In this document: piece after piece, positions 46,412 through 54,933 of the stretch
Numbering within the stretch: the first letter of the stretch is position 1
Layout of the letters: every line of letters begins with the position of its first letter
DNA from: an uncultured virus (IMG/VR IMGVR_UViG_3300017963_000243)
Taxonomy: Duplodnaviria > Heunggongvirae > Uroviricota > Caudoviricetes
Strand: one strand, 5' to 3'
Length of the DNA stretch: 64,000 bases
IMG/VR virus record: IMGVR_UViG_3300017963_000243
Coordinates: 1 to 64,000 of that record
The notes under the pieces: model-generated
Seen by the model: only the letters and a program-made list of their open reading frames with translations
The model's database searches: none
What the model was told of the DNA's origin: nothing
Program-made: the position numbers and the translations under genes

Positions 46412-48210
46412 CAGTACCGCCCCTTCTCTCCTCGACCAAAGTCTACGCCATATGCGTACGCAGGAACAGGGTGTGTTCCGTGCAGATTCGAAATATCCCC
46501 AAAATGTGCCGCTTCTTGGAGTGTGCTTTTCAAGTTACGATGACCGAGGCGCGCAAGCCAATCCGGATGGAGTAGCGGGGCACGCGAAGCAGGTTTCATG
46601 ATGAACTCTACCTCTGGAGCACGCGGGGCAATCGCAATGGTCTTTAACCCCTCCTTCTTAAGGTAATGTAATACAGAGGGGGTGACTCTCTGCCCTACAG
46701 AGAAGTGAAAGTAGGGCTTTCCTAAAGTTTGTCCGAGAGTCTCGTTGACGGGGACCTCCTTAGTTCCCGAAGCCAAAGAAGAGCGCAACTTGTTATACGA
46801 AACCACGTCCCCCTTGATGAACTTATTAGTCGGGTCATCGAGAACGCGAACATGGTTCAGTTCGTTCTTTGCAAGCAACTCAAAATGTCGTTGATCCAGA
46901 GTCTTCCCCTGGTTCTCATACAAATCTCGCAGGGTATTTACGAGGTAAAGCCTCCCTGCGGCCAGCCCCTTGTGGCGCACGATTTCATCTGGCTTAGGGA
47001 TACCTTCGCTAAGGCGGTCGCCCCTTTCCACGGCGTCACCCTTCTTCACGACTACTCCCAAATTAGGAGCTACGAAGTGTTGTGTGTTACCTATGTGTAC
47101 GTAGGAGCCTCCCTGGGGAGCTTTCTCTATTTTTGATACCTTACCGTCAATGTCCGCTAGCGTAGCTTTATTCATGAACTGCTTGGGAGACTCGATGATC
47201 TGTCGGAATCCCGCAACACCCTGCAGGCGCATTCGGTCACCTTTGGCTGTGCGAACTCCGTGCTTGGCATCTAAAGCGAACTGACTGAGCGGTTCCCCCA
47301 TTGCAGAAGCGGAACGTACTCCTACATTAACCCCTAATTCGTGTACGTTTCCCTTTTCGTTCAGCCCCTGGCACTTTTGACAGACACCATCATCTGCCTC
47401 ACAAGTCATAGGGGAGCGCACCAACACCCTGGAAGCCCCACTCTTTCGAAGCTTCGTCTGCATATCGGAAGTAACTAAAGAGTTCCTGCGGAACTTTCCA
47501 GTATCCCGTGCCAGATAACGATCTACGATGTTCGGGTCGGTAACCTCCATCGTAATGCCGTTGTGCGTTCCGCAGTCCACTTCCGTTACCAGAGCATCCG
47601 CCATGTTGGCCATTAGTATCTTGGTCAACTCGCCAGGCTCCGAAACAGAGACGGTACTCTTGATAGTGTCTAGAATGGCCTCGTTACCTGCGACCCAATA
47701 GTCCGAAGGTTTGAGCCCCTCACTGTAAGACTTTCGAATTAGCCAAGGTTCAGTAAAACCGTAAGGGTCACGGGCCGCAGCAGGGGAGCCCACGATCTTC
47801 GAAAACTGCACAGGCTTTCCTCGTGCCCCGCTCCGAACTTGCTGAGTCATCGTCCCAGGGTGTGAGGTCGAAATTCCCACCATCTTCTCCTGGGCATCTT
47901 CTGCGATCCTGCTGCGTTGTTTATCCGTAGTAGCTTTGTCAAAAGCTGTGACGTAAGGTTTCAGGACTTTATTGCGATTCCTATAGTCAGGAGCGATGTC
48001 GTCTAGTCCAATAGAAAGGCCCTCCATCGTAGCTAACGCGTCACCTTCCCGCTTGAGGTCAGTGATCGTTTTGACGTAAGCTACGGGATCTTTATGCGCG
48101 AGCTCATTCATCTTCTTTTTGAGCTCACCCTTCCCCGACTCTCCTGACAGCCGATATTGCTCGGGAATATGCTGATTTAGCAGAAGCTGTCCTAGTGTTT
48201 GCGTCGACAT
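46411..48210 (-). CDS. phage RNA polymerase beta'-like subunit, C-terminal part
   Basis: SGARG, SYSEGL, DCGT, VRSPMTC...VCQKCQG and GEPLSQFAL (trigger-loop region) as in RpoC. Confidence 0.9.
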   Translation of the reverse strand: MSTQTLGQLLLNQHIPEQYRLSGESGKGELKKKMNELAHKDPVAYVKTITDLKREGDALATMEGLSIGLDDIAPDYRNRNKVLKPYVTAFDKATTDKQRSRIAEDAQEKMVGISTSHPGTMTQQVRSGARGKPVQFSKIVGSPAAARDPYGFTEPWLIRKSYSEGLKPSDYWVAGNEAILDTIKSTVSVSEPGELTKILMANMADALVTEVDCGTHNGITMEVTDPNIVDRYLARDTGKFRRNSLVTSDMQTKLRKSGASRVLVRSPMTCEADDGVCQKCQGLNEKGNVHELGVNVGVRSASAMGEPLSQFALDAKHGVRTAKGDRMRLQGVAGFRQIIESPKQFMNKATLADIDGKVSKIEKAPQGGSYVHIGNTQHFVAPNLGVVVKKGDAVERGDRLSEGIPKPDEIVRHKGLAAGRLYLVNTLRDLYENQGKTLDQRHFELLAKNELNHVRVLDDPTNKFIKGDVVSYNKLRSSLASGTKEVPVNETLGQTLGKPYFHFSVGQRVTPSVLHYLKKEGLKTIAIAPRAPEVEFIMKPASRAPLLHPDWLARLGHRNLKSTLQEAAHFGDISNLHGTHPVPAYAYGVDFGRGEKGRY

Positions 48211-49797
48211 CTAAAATCCCAACCCAATAGGCGAGGGTCCTGTGGCCGTCTCGTGCGAAATCTCCTCCTTGGGACCCCAAGAAGTCGGACGGTTAAGCCG
48301 GTCCTCTACCCGGTCATCCGCCTTGTTACCACCCTGTCGCTCTGGAACTCTCAAGGTGTTGAGGAGACCCGCCAACTCCGATGCGGGCATCCCCTCATCC
48401 GCGTTCTCCATAGGTTGTTGAGCCTCACTTGTACTGAGACGTTTTTGTTTTAAGCGTGACCGGATCTCCCGCGTAGCCCCCAACTTCTGGAGCACACGGT
48501 CAAACCCTTCCCAGAAAGCCGACATTTTTTGTAGGGCTGTCTTTCTCATATCCGTCACATTCCTCAATAACCACGCATCTTCCTTGGTTCGGAATAACAC
48601 GTAGTCCTCCTCAGTACCACCTACACGTCTCTTGAATTTTACCTTATCCGGAGAGGCGGCGGTAACCTGAACCGGTTCCTTATGCTTAATCTCAACAGAT
48701 CCCTTCCCATAGCCTTTCATGATGGGTTGCGGACCTGATGCTCCGAACCCTAGAGCGTAGTCGGCTGTATGGGTAGGGGTTTGAATCGCCAACACGTTCT
48801 CTCGAGTAGATGGTAATTTCGCCTTCGGGAGAGCCCAAGAATGGGCGTGCCCTGTCCAGGGATCGACGAGACGGAGATCGTAGTGCTTACCTGCACGCTC
48901 AGCCTTGTGTTCCTGTACAGCTAACATCCAAGACTTGGGTTGCCGGAATGTAGGAATTTTTTCTACGGGTTTCCCCGCGGGAATCCCCGGAGCGAACTCC
49001 TTAGGTTTCTTCTTAGTGCGGAGACGTGTGACGACTTCAAGAGGGTTGGCATGGGTTGCCGGGTCGAATCTCTTAAGCTCATTATCCCTTACAGGTACGG
49101 AGACCAGGCCCGTCTCACTATTCAATGAGTAGGGCGCTCGGATAGACCCCTGGTCGTGGAAAGTGGAAACGTCCAGACGGATTTGGTCTTTTTCCGGAGG
49201 CGTTACCGTGTAAGGATTCTTACGGCGAGCCAACCTCGACATGATGCGCTTGACCGTGCGTTCGAGCTTGTTGGTGTCGCGTTCAGCATCCAGCTGACCC
49301 CGAACATAAAACCCCGTACCGCCAGAGAAAGAGACATCAGTCTTATTGACTCCGGGGATCTTCTGGACTTCACGTTGAACCGCGCGGACCGCAGGCTTCA
49401 GCTCTTCGATCCCCACGTCCTTGCCCGCATCGATGTCCACCCACACCTGGTTCGTAGTCTTCCCGATGGTTGGGTGGAACTCCGTGTAACGTCTCGATGT
49501 GTACCAGTCGATGTCCTTCCCTGTAGGGATTCGGATAGGTTCATCCTTCTTACGGTAACGTCGAACAATAGGAGTATTCGGCTCCCGGTTCATAACCGTA
49601 AGCAGATCCTTGTCCTTAAGCTCACGGAAAAGGCGGCGACGTACCTCGGGAGTAGAATAGTAATCCAGCACATCCTTCTTGGTCATCTTGATGCCAGTAG
49701 AAGGACTATCGATCACGACCGCGTCCAGGTTCTCTACATCCTGGTACTTCCGGTTAGCCCAGACTGCGGCGCGTTGAGCTGGTGAGGAGTAGGGCAT
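48211..49797 (-). CDS. LigD-like primase-polymerase (AEP) plus 3'-phosphoesterase protein
   Basis: WVDID, FSGGTGFYV, IRAPYSL (AEP); VQEH..HYDLRL..HSWALPK..GYGKG (LigD PE domain). Confidence 0.85.
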   Translation of the reverse strand: MPYSSPAQRAAVWANRKYQDVENLDAVVIDSPSTGIKMTKKDVLDYYSTPEVRRRLFRELKDKDLLTVMNREPNTPIVRRYRKKDEPIRIPTGKDIDWYTSRRYTEFHPTIGKTTNQVWVDIDAGKDVGIEELKPAVRAVQREVQKIPGVNKTDVSFSGGTGFYVRGQLDAERDTNKLERTVKRIMSRLARRKNPYTVTPPEKDQIRLDVSTFHDQGSIRAPYSLNSETGLVSVPVRDNELKRFDPATHANPLEVVTRLRTKKKPKEFAPGIPAGKPVEKIPTFRQPKSWMLAVQEHKAERAGKHYDLRLVDPWTGHAHSWALPKAKLPSTRENVLAIQTPTHTADYALGFGASGPQPIMKGYGKGSVEIKHKEPVQVTAASPDKVKFKRRVGGTEEDYVLFRTKEDAWLLRNVTDMRKTALQKMSAFWEGFDRVLQKLGATREIRSRLKQKRLSTSEAQQPMENADEGMPASELAGLLNTLRVPERQGGNKADDRVEDRLNRPTSWGPKEEISHETATGPSPIGLGF

Positions 49798-52700
49798 TAA
49801 CCGATACTCACACGCGTCCCAAGACCAATCTCACCACGCTTATACGCAGCCATGGCGTCAGCCTTAGTCTTGAACTTCTTGGGCGTCTTATTCTTGTCAT
49901 CCACACGAGACGCGTGGTGGATACCCATGATCGCCTCATGCTGCGGAAACACCAGTAGGTCACTTTTGGACTTGTCCCCAAAAAGAAGATTCGAGAGGGT
50001 GATATTCTTCGCGTCCTCGACCGCTTTAGGACCTACAGGAACATGGAGCATCATTGTGTCCCCATCGTAGTCGGCGTTCATACCTTCTTCCACGAACGGG
50101 TTAACTCGGAGGGTGCGCCCAGGGACAGGTACCGGCTTAGCGGCAACAACATTGTAACGATGCAACGTTGGAGCACGATTCATGAGGACAGGACGCTCCT
50201 GGACTTCTCGTCGAAGTGCTTCTTCCGCGGCGGGGTGGCGCTTCTCTACCATCTGCTTAGCCTGAACAGCTGGGAAACCCTGTTGGACAAGTCGGCGAAT
50301 GAGAAACTTGTCGTACATCCCCCAAAGCATGTCCTTGGGAACTCCAACTTCGTCTACTCCAAGGGTGCTATCTGGAACGATAGTCCCGCGGCCAGCCACG
50401 TCTTGAGTTCGGGACATAAGCTTCGAGTGGAAGAAACCATGCTTGGGACCTCCAACACCGGAGATGTACGTCAAGAAACCCTTGTGGTTACGTGCTTTGG
50501 ACTTCGCCGTAGCGGGTTCGTCAGTCCCGTACACCGCGCCTACTGCTTGCTGTAAGGCTGGGCGCAATTTCTTTTCCTCGCCGGGAGGGGTGGGCGTCTT
50601 GGGGTTCTTAACCTCTTTCATCTGGTTGTTGATGTAGATGAGGTCTTGGTAGAGAGGGTTAGTATCCCCGTAGATGATCTGCGTTCCACCCTTACCGGGC
50701 ATGATCGGGCGCATCACCGGAGGTAGTACCGGAACTTTACTAACAACGTACGCTTTATCAGGTGTGAGACCCACGTTACGAAGAGCGTTGATGTACTTGA
50801 GCTGCTTAACCTCGTTGTCAAGCTGATCAGCCTTACGCCCCTTCATCTGTTTGCGTATGTCTTTCTCTTTCTGGTCAAGATCGAGCCTGCCCAACTCACG
50901 CTTGATGTGCGCTCCGCCCTTCTCCTGCAGCGTCTGGGAGAGTTGCGCGTTCGTCATACCGAGAAGGCGGCGAACTGGCTCTTTGAATACAGGATTTACA
51001 ATGGGCTCAGCCAAGTCAATATGTGACCATCGCGTCCCTCGAAGACCGCCAGTTACTCCCGGGTCGAACAGGCCCCCCGCTTCGGGACGTAGGTCTTTCG
51101 CACGAACGATCTTAGCGTCCTTCACCTCTCCCGAAGACATCTCCTTGACGTCGTCATCAGTAAGAGGTCCAAGAGCTACCCTACTACCGTCGCGGCGGAC
51201 ACGCACACCAGCTCCGGTGAGCATCCCGACGAACTTGTCATACGCGAAAGTCGATTTCGGTTCTGGAGGAGTCATGCCCAGCTGTACACCGCGCCAAAAC
51301 TCGTCATTCTTCTGACTCTTCACCGTCGCAACTTCCCGGAGGATGTTGCGGGCGTTGTGTCCGAGAAGAGCGTCGAACTCCATCTTGCCGATGGCCTTCG
51401 CACCTTGAACGCCGCCCTTAGTAGGCTGCAAGTTCATGTCGTAGGTGCCCGTGCTACGTGCGCTGTAGTTGTTATCAGTAGTCTTGAATAACTTATAGAG
51501 ATACTGGCGCCCTACGAAGACCTTCGGAATCTTCTTCCCCGAACGTGGGTCATAGACCGTTTCCTTGTCTTTGACTCCGTGTTTACGTAGTAAATCTTTT
51601 GCCCACTTTACGTTGTCTTCGTTTGTGAAGTTGTCCACTACGATAGGCTTACCGGTCTTCTCTACCACTTTACCTACAGCGGTCTCGATGATCTGACTTG
51701 GGTTGATACGCGACACCACCCCTGCCGACGTCATAAGAACATCGACGGGTTTGCCTGCCTCGTCCTGAATCATTTGGCCATCAGGAACGATCTCTGAAAT
51801 GACACCTTTGTTGCCGTAGCGACCCGCAATTTTGTCCCCGATCCCCGCAGGCTCTCGAGTCTTCACGGTGAGGGTGACGCGCTTCGGGGTCTTCACTACG
51901 TCAATAACCTCACCCTCGTGATCGTGGTCCCATCCCTGTGTGAACTCACGGTGAGGATGGGCCAATGACTTGTGAAGCTTCCCGAGAATGAGGTCATCAG
52001 GGGAGAGCTCCGTCTTGCGTACGCCTACGACTACAGGATCCCCGGGGAGCAGTTTAGTCCCCGGAGCGACTACACCGTCTGTGTCTATAGGCTTGTACTG
52101 GTCTTTGGTGTAGTTGTGTCCGTAGTAGGACTTGTGCTTGTTCGCGCTGAATGTCAGATCGGGATCTTTAGGGATGACAATCTTGTACATGCGCTCAGAC
52201 GTAAGTTTCTTCGCCGCGGCTTCACTTACGACTACTGCGTCATTGGAGTTTGCCCCGTAGTAGGGCATGAACGCTACGCTCATGTTCTTACCAAGCGCCA
52301 GGGTGCCGTTGCGTGTGAAGTTGGAGTCCCCTAATCGCTGCCCCGCTTTGACTTCGTCTCCAGGCTTAACCGAAAGGTCATGGTTCAAATAAGTCTTGGC
52401 CGCTAGCGGGAAATTTTTATCGTACGGAACCTTCACGAGAGCCGGACCTCGAGCGGCTGTTTTTTCATGAGGGCGGATGTAGATGAAATCATCATCCACC
52501 TTCTTAACAACTCCGCTAACGGGTGCGTAAGGGTTGATGATCTTACCGATCATGTTCTCAAACGACTTACCTGAGGGAGTAGCCACTTGTACAAATGGTT
52601 CCTCGCGGTCGACGAGCGACAGTGCTTGAACCTGCATCTTGGATCCCATCACCGCACGGTTACCCTGTGCGGACTCCAAGAATGGGATGAGATTTGTCGT

Positions 52701-54155
52701 CGGACTGTACATGCGGGATTGATGCGGGACCTGGTAGTTCACCTTCCGAGCAGGAACACGGCGAACAACACCGCGGTCTACCGCGTCCACAGTGCCCCGA
52801 ATTTCCTGATTCGGAAACGCCAACACTGATTCTTGAAGGTCCCCCGCTTTGACGTACTTTTCTCGCTTGGACTTTACGTCGTAAACTGGGACGTAGATAT
52901 CGCCATTCTCGTCCTTCTGCGCGGTCACTGCGGCACGAATGTCGATTCCAGCGCGCATGGACTCCGGAGTACGGATAGGGTCAAGGGCCCCCATCTGGGT
53001 CACGTGTGTCTGGCGTGCCTCAATAGGAATAGCCCGCTCCGTAGAAATGCCACCCTCACCCAAAGAAGTGACCCGCATCGCAGAGTCGATGAGGTCTACT
53101 GGGTTAGTCTGGTCCGGAATCGAAGACAGCGTAGTCGTCGATAGGAACTTGAGGAGGTCTTTCGTAAAGGGCCCGGAAGGGATCGCCTTCTTCAAGTTGG
53201 GCGTCGCTTCCATCTTAATAGATGCCTTCTTCGCCACCTCTCTGGCGTGGAGCTTGATCCTTTCTTTGAAGAAGTCGTCCACGGACATGATGGTCTTGAA
53301 CCCTAGGTTATCTTGGTCGTCGACCTCAGCCTGGTTATTAAAGATCTTGAGGACCTTAGTCGAGGCATCCAAGAGGCTTTGAGGCGACACATGGTCGTGC
53401 GGTTTACCAATGGTCTGTCGATTAACGTTAGGGTCCATTTTAGCGTTTCGATAACGCTCCAGAACCTCACGCATCTTAGTCACGGAATCCTGTTCCGACT
53501 TCTGCGCGTAAGTGGGGACCTCTTTCTTGTACAGTTTGTCGACATACTTGTCGGCCTTTGGCTCCAATACTTTCGCGTTAGCGTCGGCAAGCTTCGGACC
53601 CCAAGATTTAGAAATCTCATCGTGAGAAACGCCCGACTTCCTGAGAATAGGATAGAGCGGGATCTTAGTCGAACTGTACTCGAGTTGAGGCTGCCCCTTC
53701 GCAGGGTCCATACTGATACGGAAGTTCGCACCGCCCAACGTGTTGAATCCTGCTTCGAGAATACCGTTAGCCCGTTTACGCGAGTACACTCCCGGCTTAC
53801 GGCGAACCATGTTCGACACCGAATGCTCGTTGCCTCCGATGATGAATGTGTGCCGTGGGGTGAAATATGGCACTCTGACGAGGGTGAAGTTCTTCATCTC
53901 GTCAATGGTTTTTCCGTCCTTGTCCTTCATCCGCACTGTACCCTTCACGGACTCGAACAAGGAGTCGCCCGTGAGGATCGCTTTCTTCTGTTCAGAGGGG
54001 CTGTAGTCTTTCCCGACCACCTCAACATCATCAACTTCGATAGTCTTGTTCCGAGAAAGTATCGGAAAGGACTCCTTCAGCCCCTCAACAACCTTCTGGC
54101 GGATGAGTTCTCGGCGCTGATCAGGCCCGACCATTAGGGGAGTCAGATTAGGCAT
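49797..54155 (-). CDS. phage RNA polymerase: beta-like subunit fused to catalytic beta' N-terminal part
   Basis: TPES, NRAVMGSKMQ, GDKIAGRYGNKGVIS (RpoB); GGLFDP, LMNRAPTLHR, NADYDGD (RpoC). Confidence 0.92.
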   Translation of the reverse strand: MPNLTPLMVGPDQRRELIRQKVVEGLKESFPILSRNKTIEVDDVEVVGKDYSPSEQKKAILTGDSLFESVKGTVRMKDKDGKTIDEMKNFTLVRVPYFTPRHTFIIGGNEHSVSNMVRRKPGVYSRKRANGILEAGFNTLGGANFRISMDPAKGQPQLEYSSTKIPLYPILRKSGVSHDEISKSWGPKLADANAKVLEPKADKYVDKLYKKEVPTYAQKSEQDSVTKMREVLERYRNAKMDPNVNRQTIGKPHDHVSPQSLLDASTKVLKIFNNQAEVDDQDNLGFKTIMSVDDFFKERIKLHAREVAKKASIKMEATPNLKKAIPSGPFTKDLLKFLSTTTLSSIPDQTNPVDLIDSAMRVTSLGEGGISTERAIPIEARQTHVTQMGALDPIRTPESMRAGIDIRAAVTAQKDENGDIYVPVYDVKSKREKYVKAGDLQESVLAFPNQEIRGTVDAVDRGVVRRVPARKVNYQVPHQSRMYSPTTNLIPFLESAQGNRAVMGSKMQVQALSLVDREEPFVQVATPSGKSFENMIGKIINPYAPVSGVVKKVDDDFIYIRPHEKTAARGPALVKVPYDKNFPLAAKTYLNHDLSVKPGDEVKAGQRLGDSNFTRNGTLALGKNMSVAFMPYYGANSNDAVVVSEAAAKKLTSERMYKIVIPKDPDLTFSANKHKSYYGHNYTKDQYKPIDTDGVVAPGTKLLPGDPVVVGVRKTELSPDDLILGKLHKSLAHPHREFTQGWDHDHEGEVIDVVKTPKRVTLTVKTREPAGIGDKIAGRYGNKGVISEIVPDGQMIQDEAGKPVDVLMTSAGVVSRINPSQIIETAVGKVVEKTGKPIVVDNFTNEDNVKWAKDLLRKHGVKDKETVYDPRSGKKIPKVFVGRQYLYKLFKTTDNNYSARSTGTYDMNLQPTKGGVQGAKAIGKMEFDALLGHNARNILREVATVKSQKNDEFWRGVQLGMTPPEPKSTFAYDKFVGMLTGAGVRVRRDGSRVALGPLTDDDVKEMSSGEVKDAKIVRAKDLRPEAGGLFDPGVTGGLRGTRWSHIDLAEPIVNPVFKEPVRRLLGMTNAQLSQTLQEKGGAHIKRELGRLDLDQKEKDIRKQMKGRKADQLDNEVKQLKYINALRNVGLTPDKAYVVSKVPVLPPVMRPIMPGKGGTQIIYGDTNPLYQDLIYINNQMKEVKNPKTPTPPGEEKKLRPALQQAVGAVYGTDEPATAKSKARNHKGFLTYISGVGGPKHGFFHSKLMSRTQDVAGRGTIVPDSTLGVDEVGVPKDMLWGMYDKFLIRRLVQQGFPAVQAKQMVEKRHPAAEEALRREVQERPVLMNRAPTLHRYNVVAAKPVPVPGRTLRVNPFVEEGMNADYDGDTMMLHVPVGPKAVEDAKNITLSNLLFGDKSKSDLLVFPQHEAIMGIHHASRVDDKNKTPKKFKTKADAMAAYKRGEIGLGTRVSIG

Positions 54156-54381
54156 ACGTCCTCCAACGTTTTCTAAGTATAGAACACGTTCTCAGAATCC
54201 CGAATCCCATTTTGGTAAAAGAATATGTGGACGACAAGAGGATTCTTTCCAAGGAGGTGACAATGAAGTCCCACATGTACCAGGTGAGCAGCTCGGGGTG
54301 ATCATCGAACTTCTCTGGGAGTTCTTCAAGGCTCTCAAGAAGTAGTTCGACACGATCAACCCGAACCGTCTCCACAGACGT

Positions 54382-54417
54382 GAGACGTCACTCTTCCGAG
54401 GGTGGCGTCTCTTTTTT
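54382..54417 (+). terminator. intrinsic terminator on the + strand
   Basis: GAGACGTCACTCT/AGGGTGGCGTCTC followed by TTTTTT. Confidence 0.75.
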
Positions 54418-54933
54418 GGCGAAAGCTGCTTCAGGGTTGGGAGGATAGACAGATTTTTCCGCGGCTTCTTCCGCCTTGCGTTTTTCCTCTTCCAGGAACA
54501 CAGGGTCGGTCTCGAGCCACGCGAGTTCTACACAACGAGTACCGTCATGGAGTTGAAAGTGCTCTTCGAACTCCTTCACACCCTTACCTGACAGGAGCTT
54601 ATCCTTGACTTCTTTGTAGTCGACTACCTGCACGTGAGGACACGTGTAGTCTCCGACGTCGGGGAGCTCCACTTCATCCTTGGCAATCATGGCCTTGCAA
54701 CGATCACACTTACTCCAGGGCCTCCAAACCACGAATGTGCGCAAATAGCTCACCATGCGCACTTGACGGGCGGGTTGCAGCTTATCGATCTCTTTTGCTA
54801 CGAGAGGGATGTTGTCTTTGGGAGGTCCGAATAGAGTGGGGAGCTCCACTTCGGCAGACATCCGAGGTACTTCTCCTCGGGCACTTGACAAGAGATCTAC
54901 AAACGAATCTGGTTGTCCAGGTTGTTGCGCCAT
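54388..54933 (-). CDS. hypothetical protein
   Basis: 181 aa, coupled to the portal gene. Confidence 0.65.
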   Translation of the reverse strand: MAQQPGQPDSFVDLLSSARGEVPRMSAEVELPTLFGPPKDNIPLVAKEIDKLQPARQVRMVSYLRTFVVWRPWSKCDRCKAMIAKDEVELPDVGDYTCPHVQVVDYKEVKDKLLSGKGVKEFEEHFQLHDGTRCVELAWLETDPVFLEEEKRKAEEAAEKSVYPPNPEAAFAKKETPPSEE

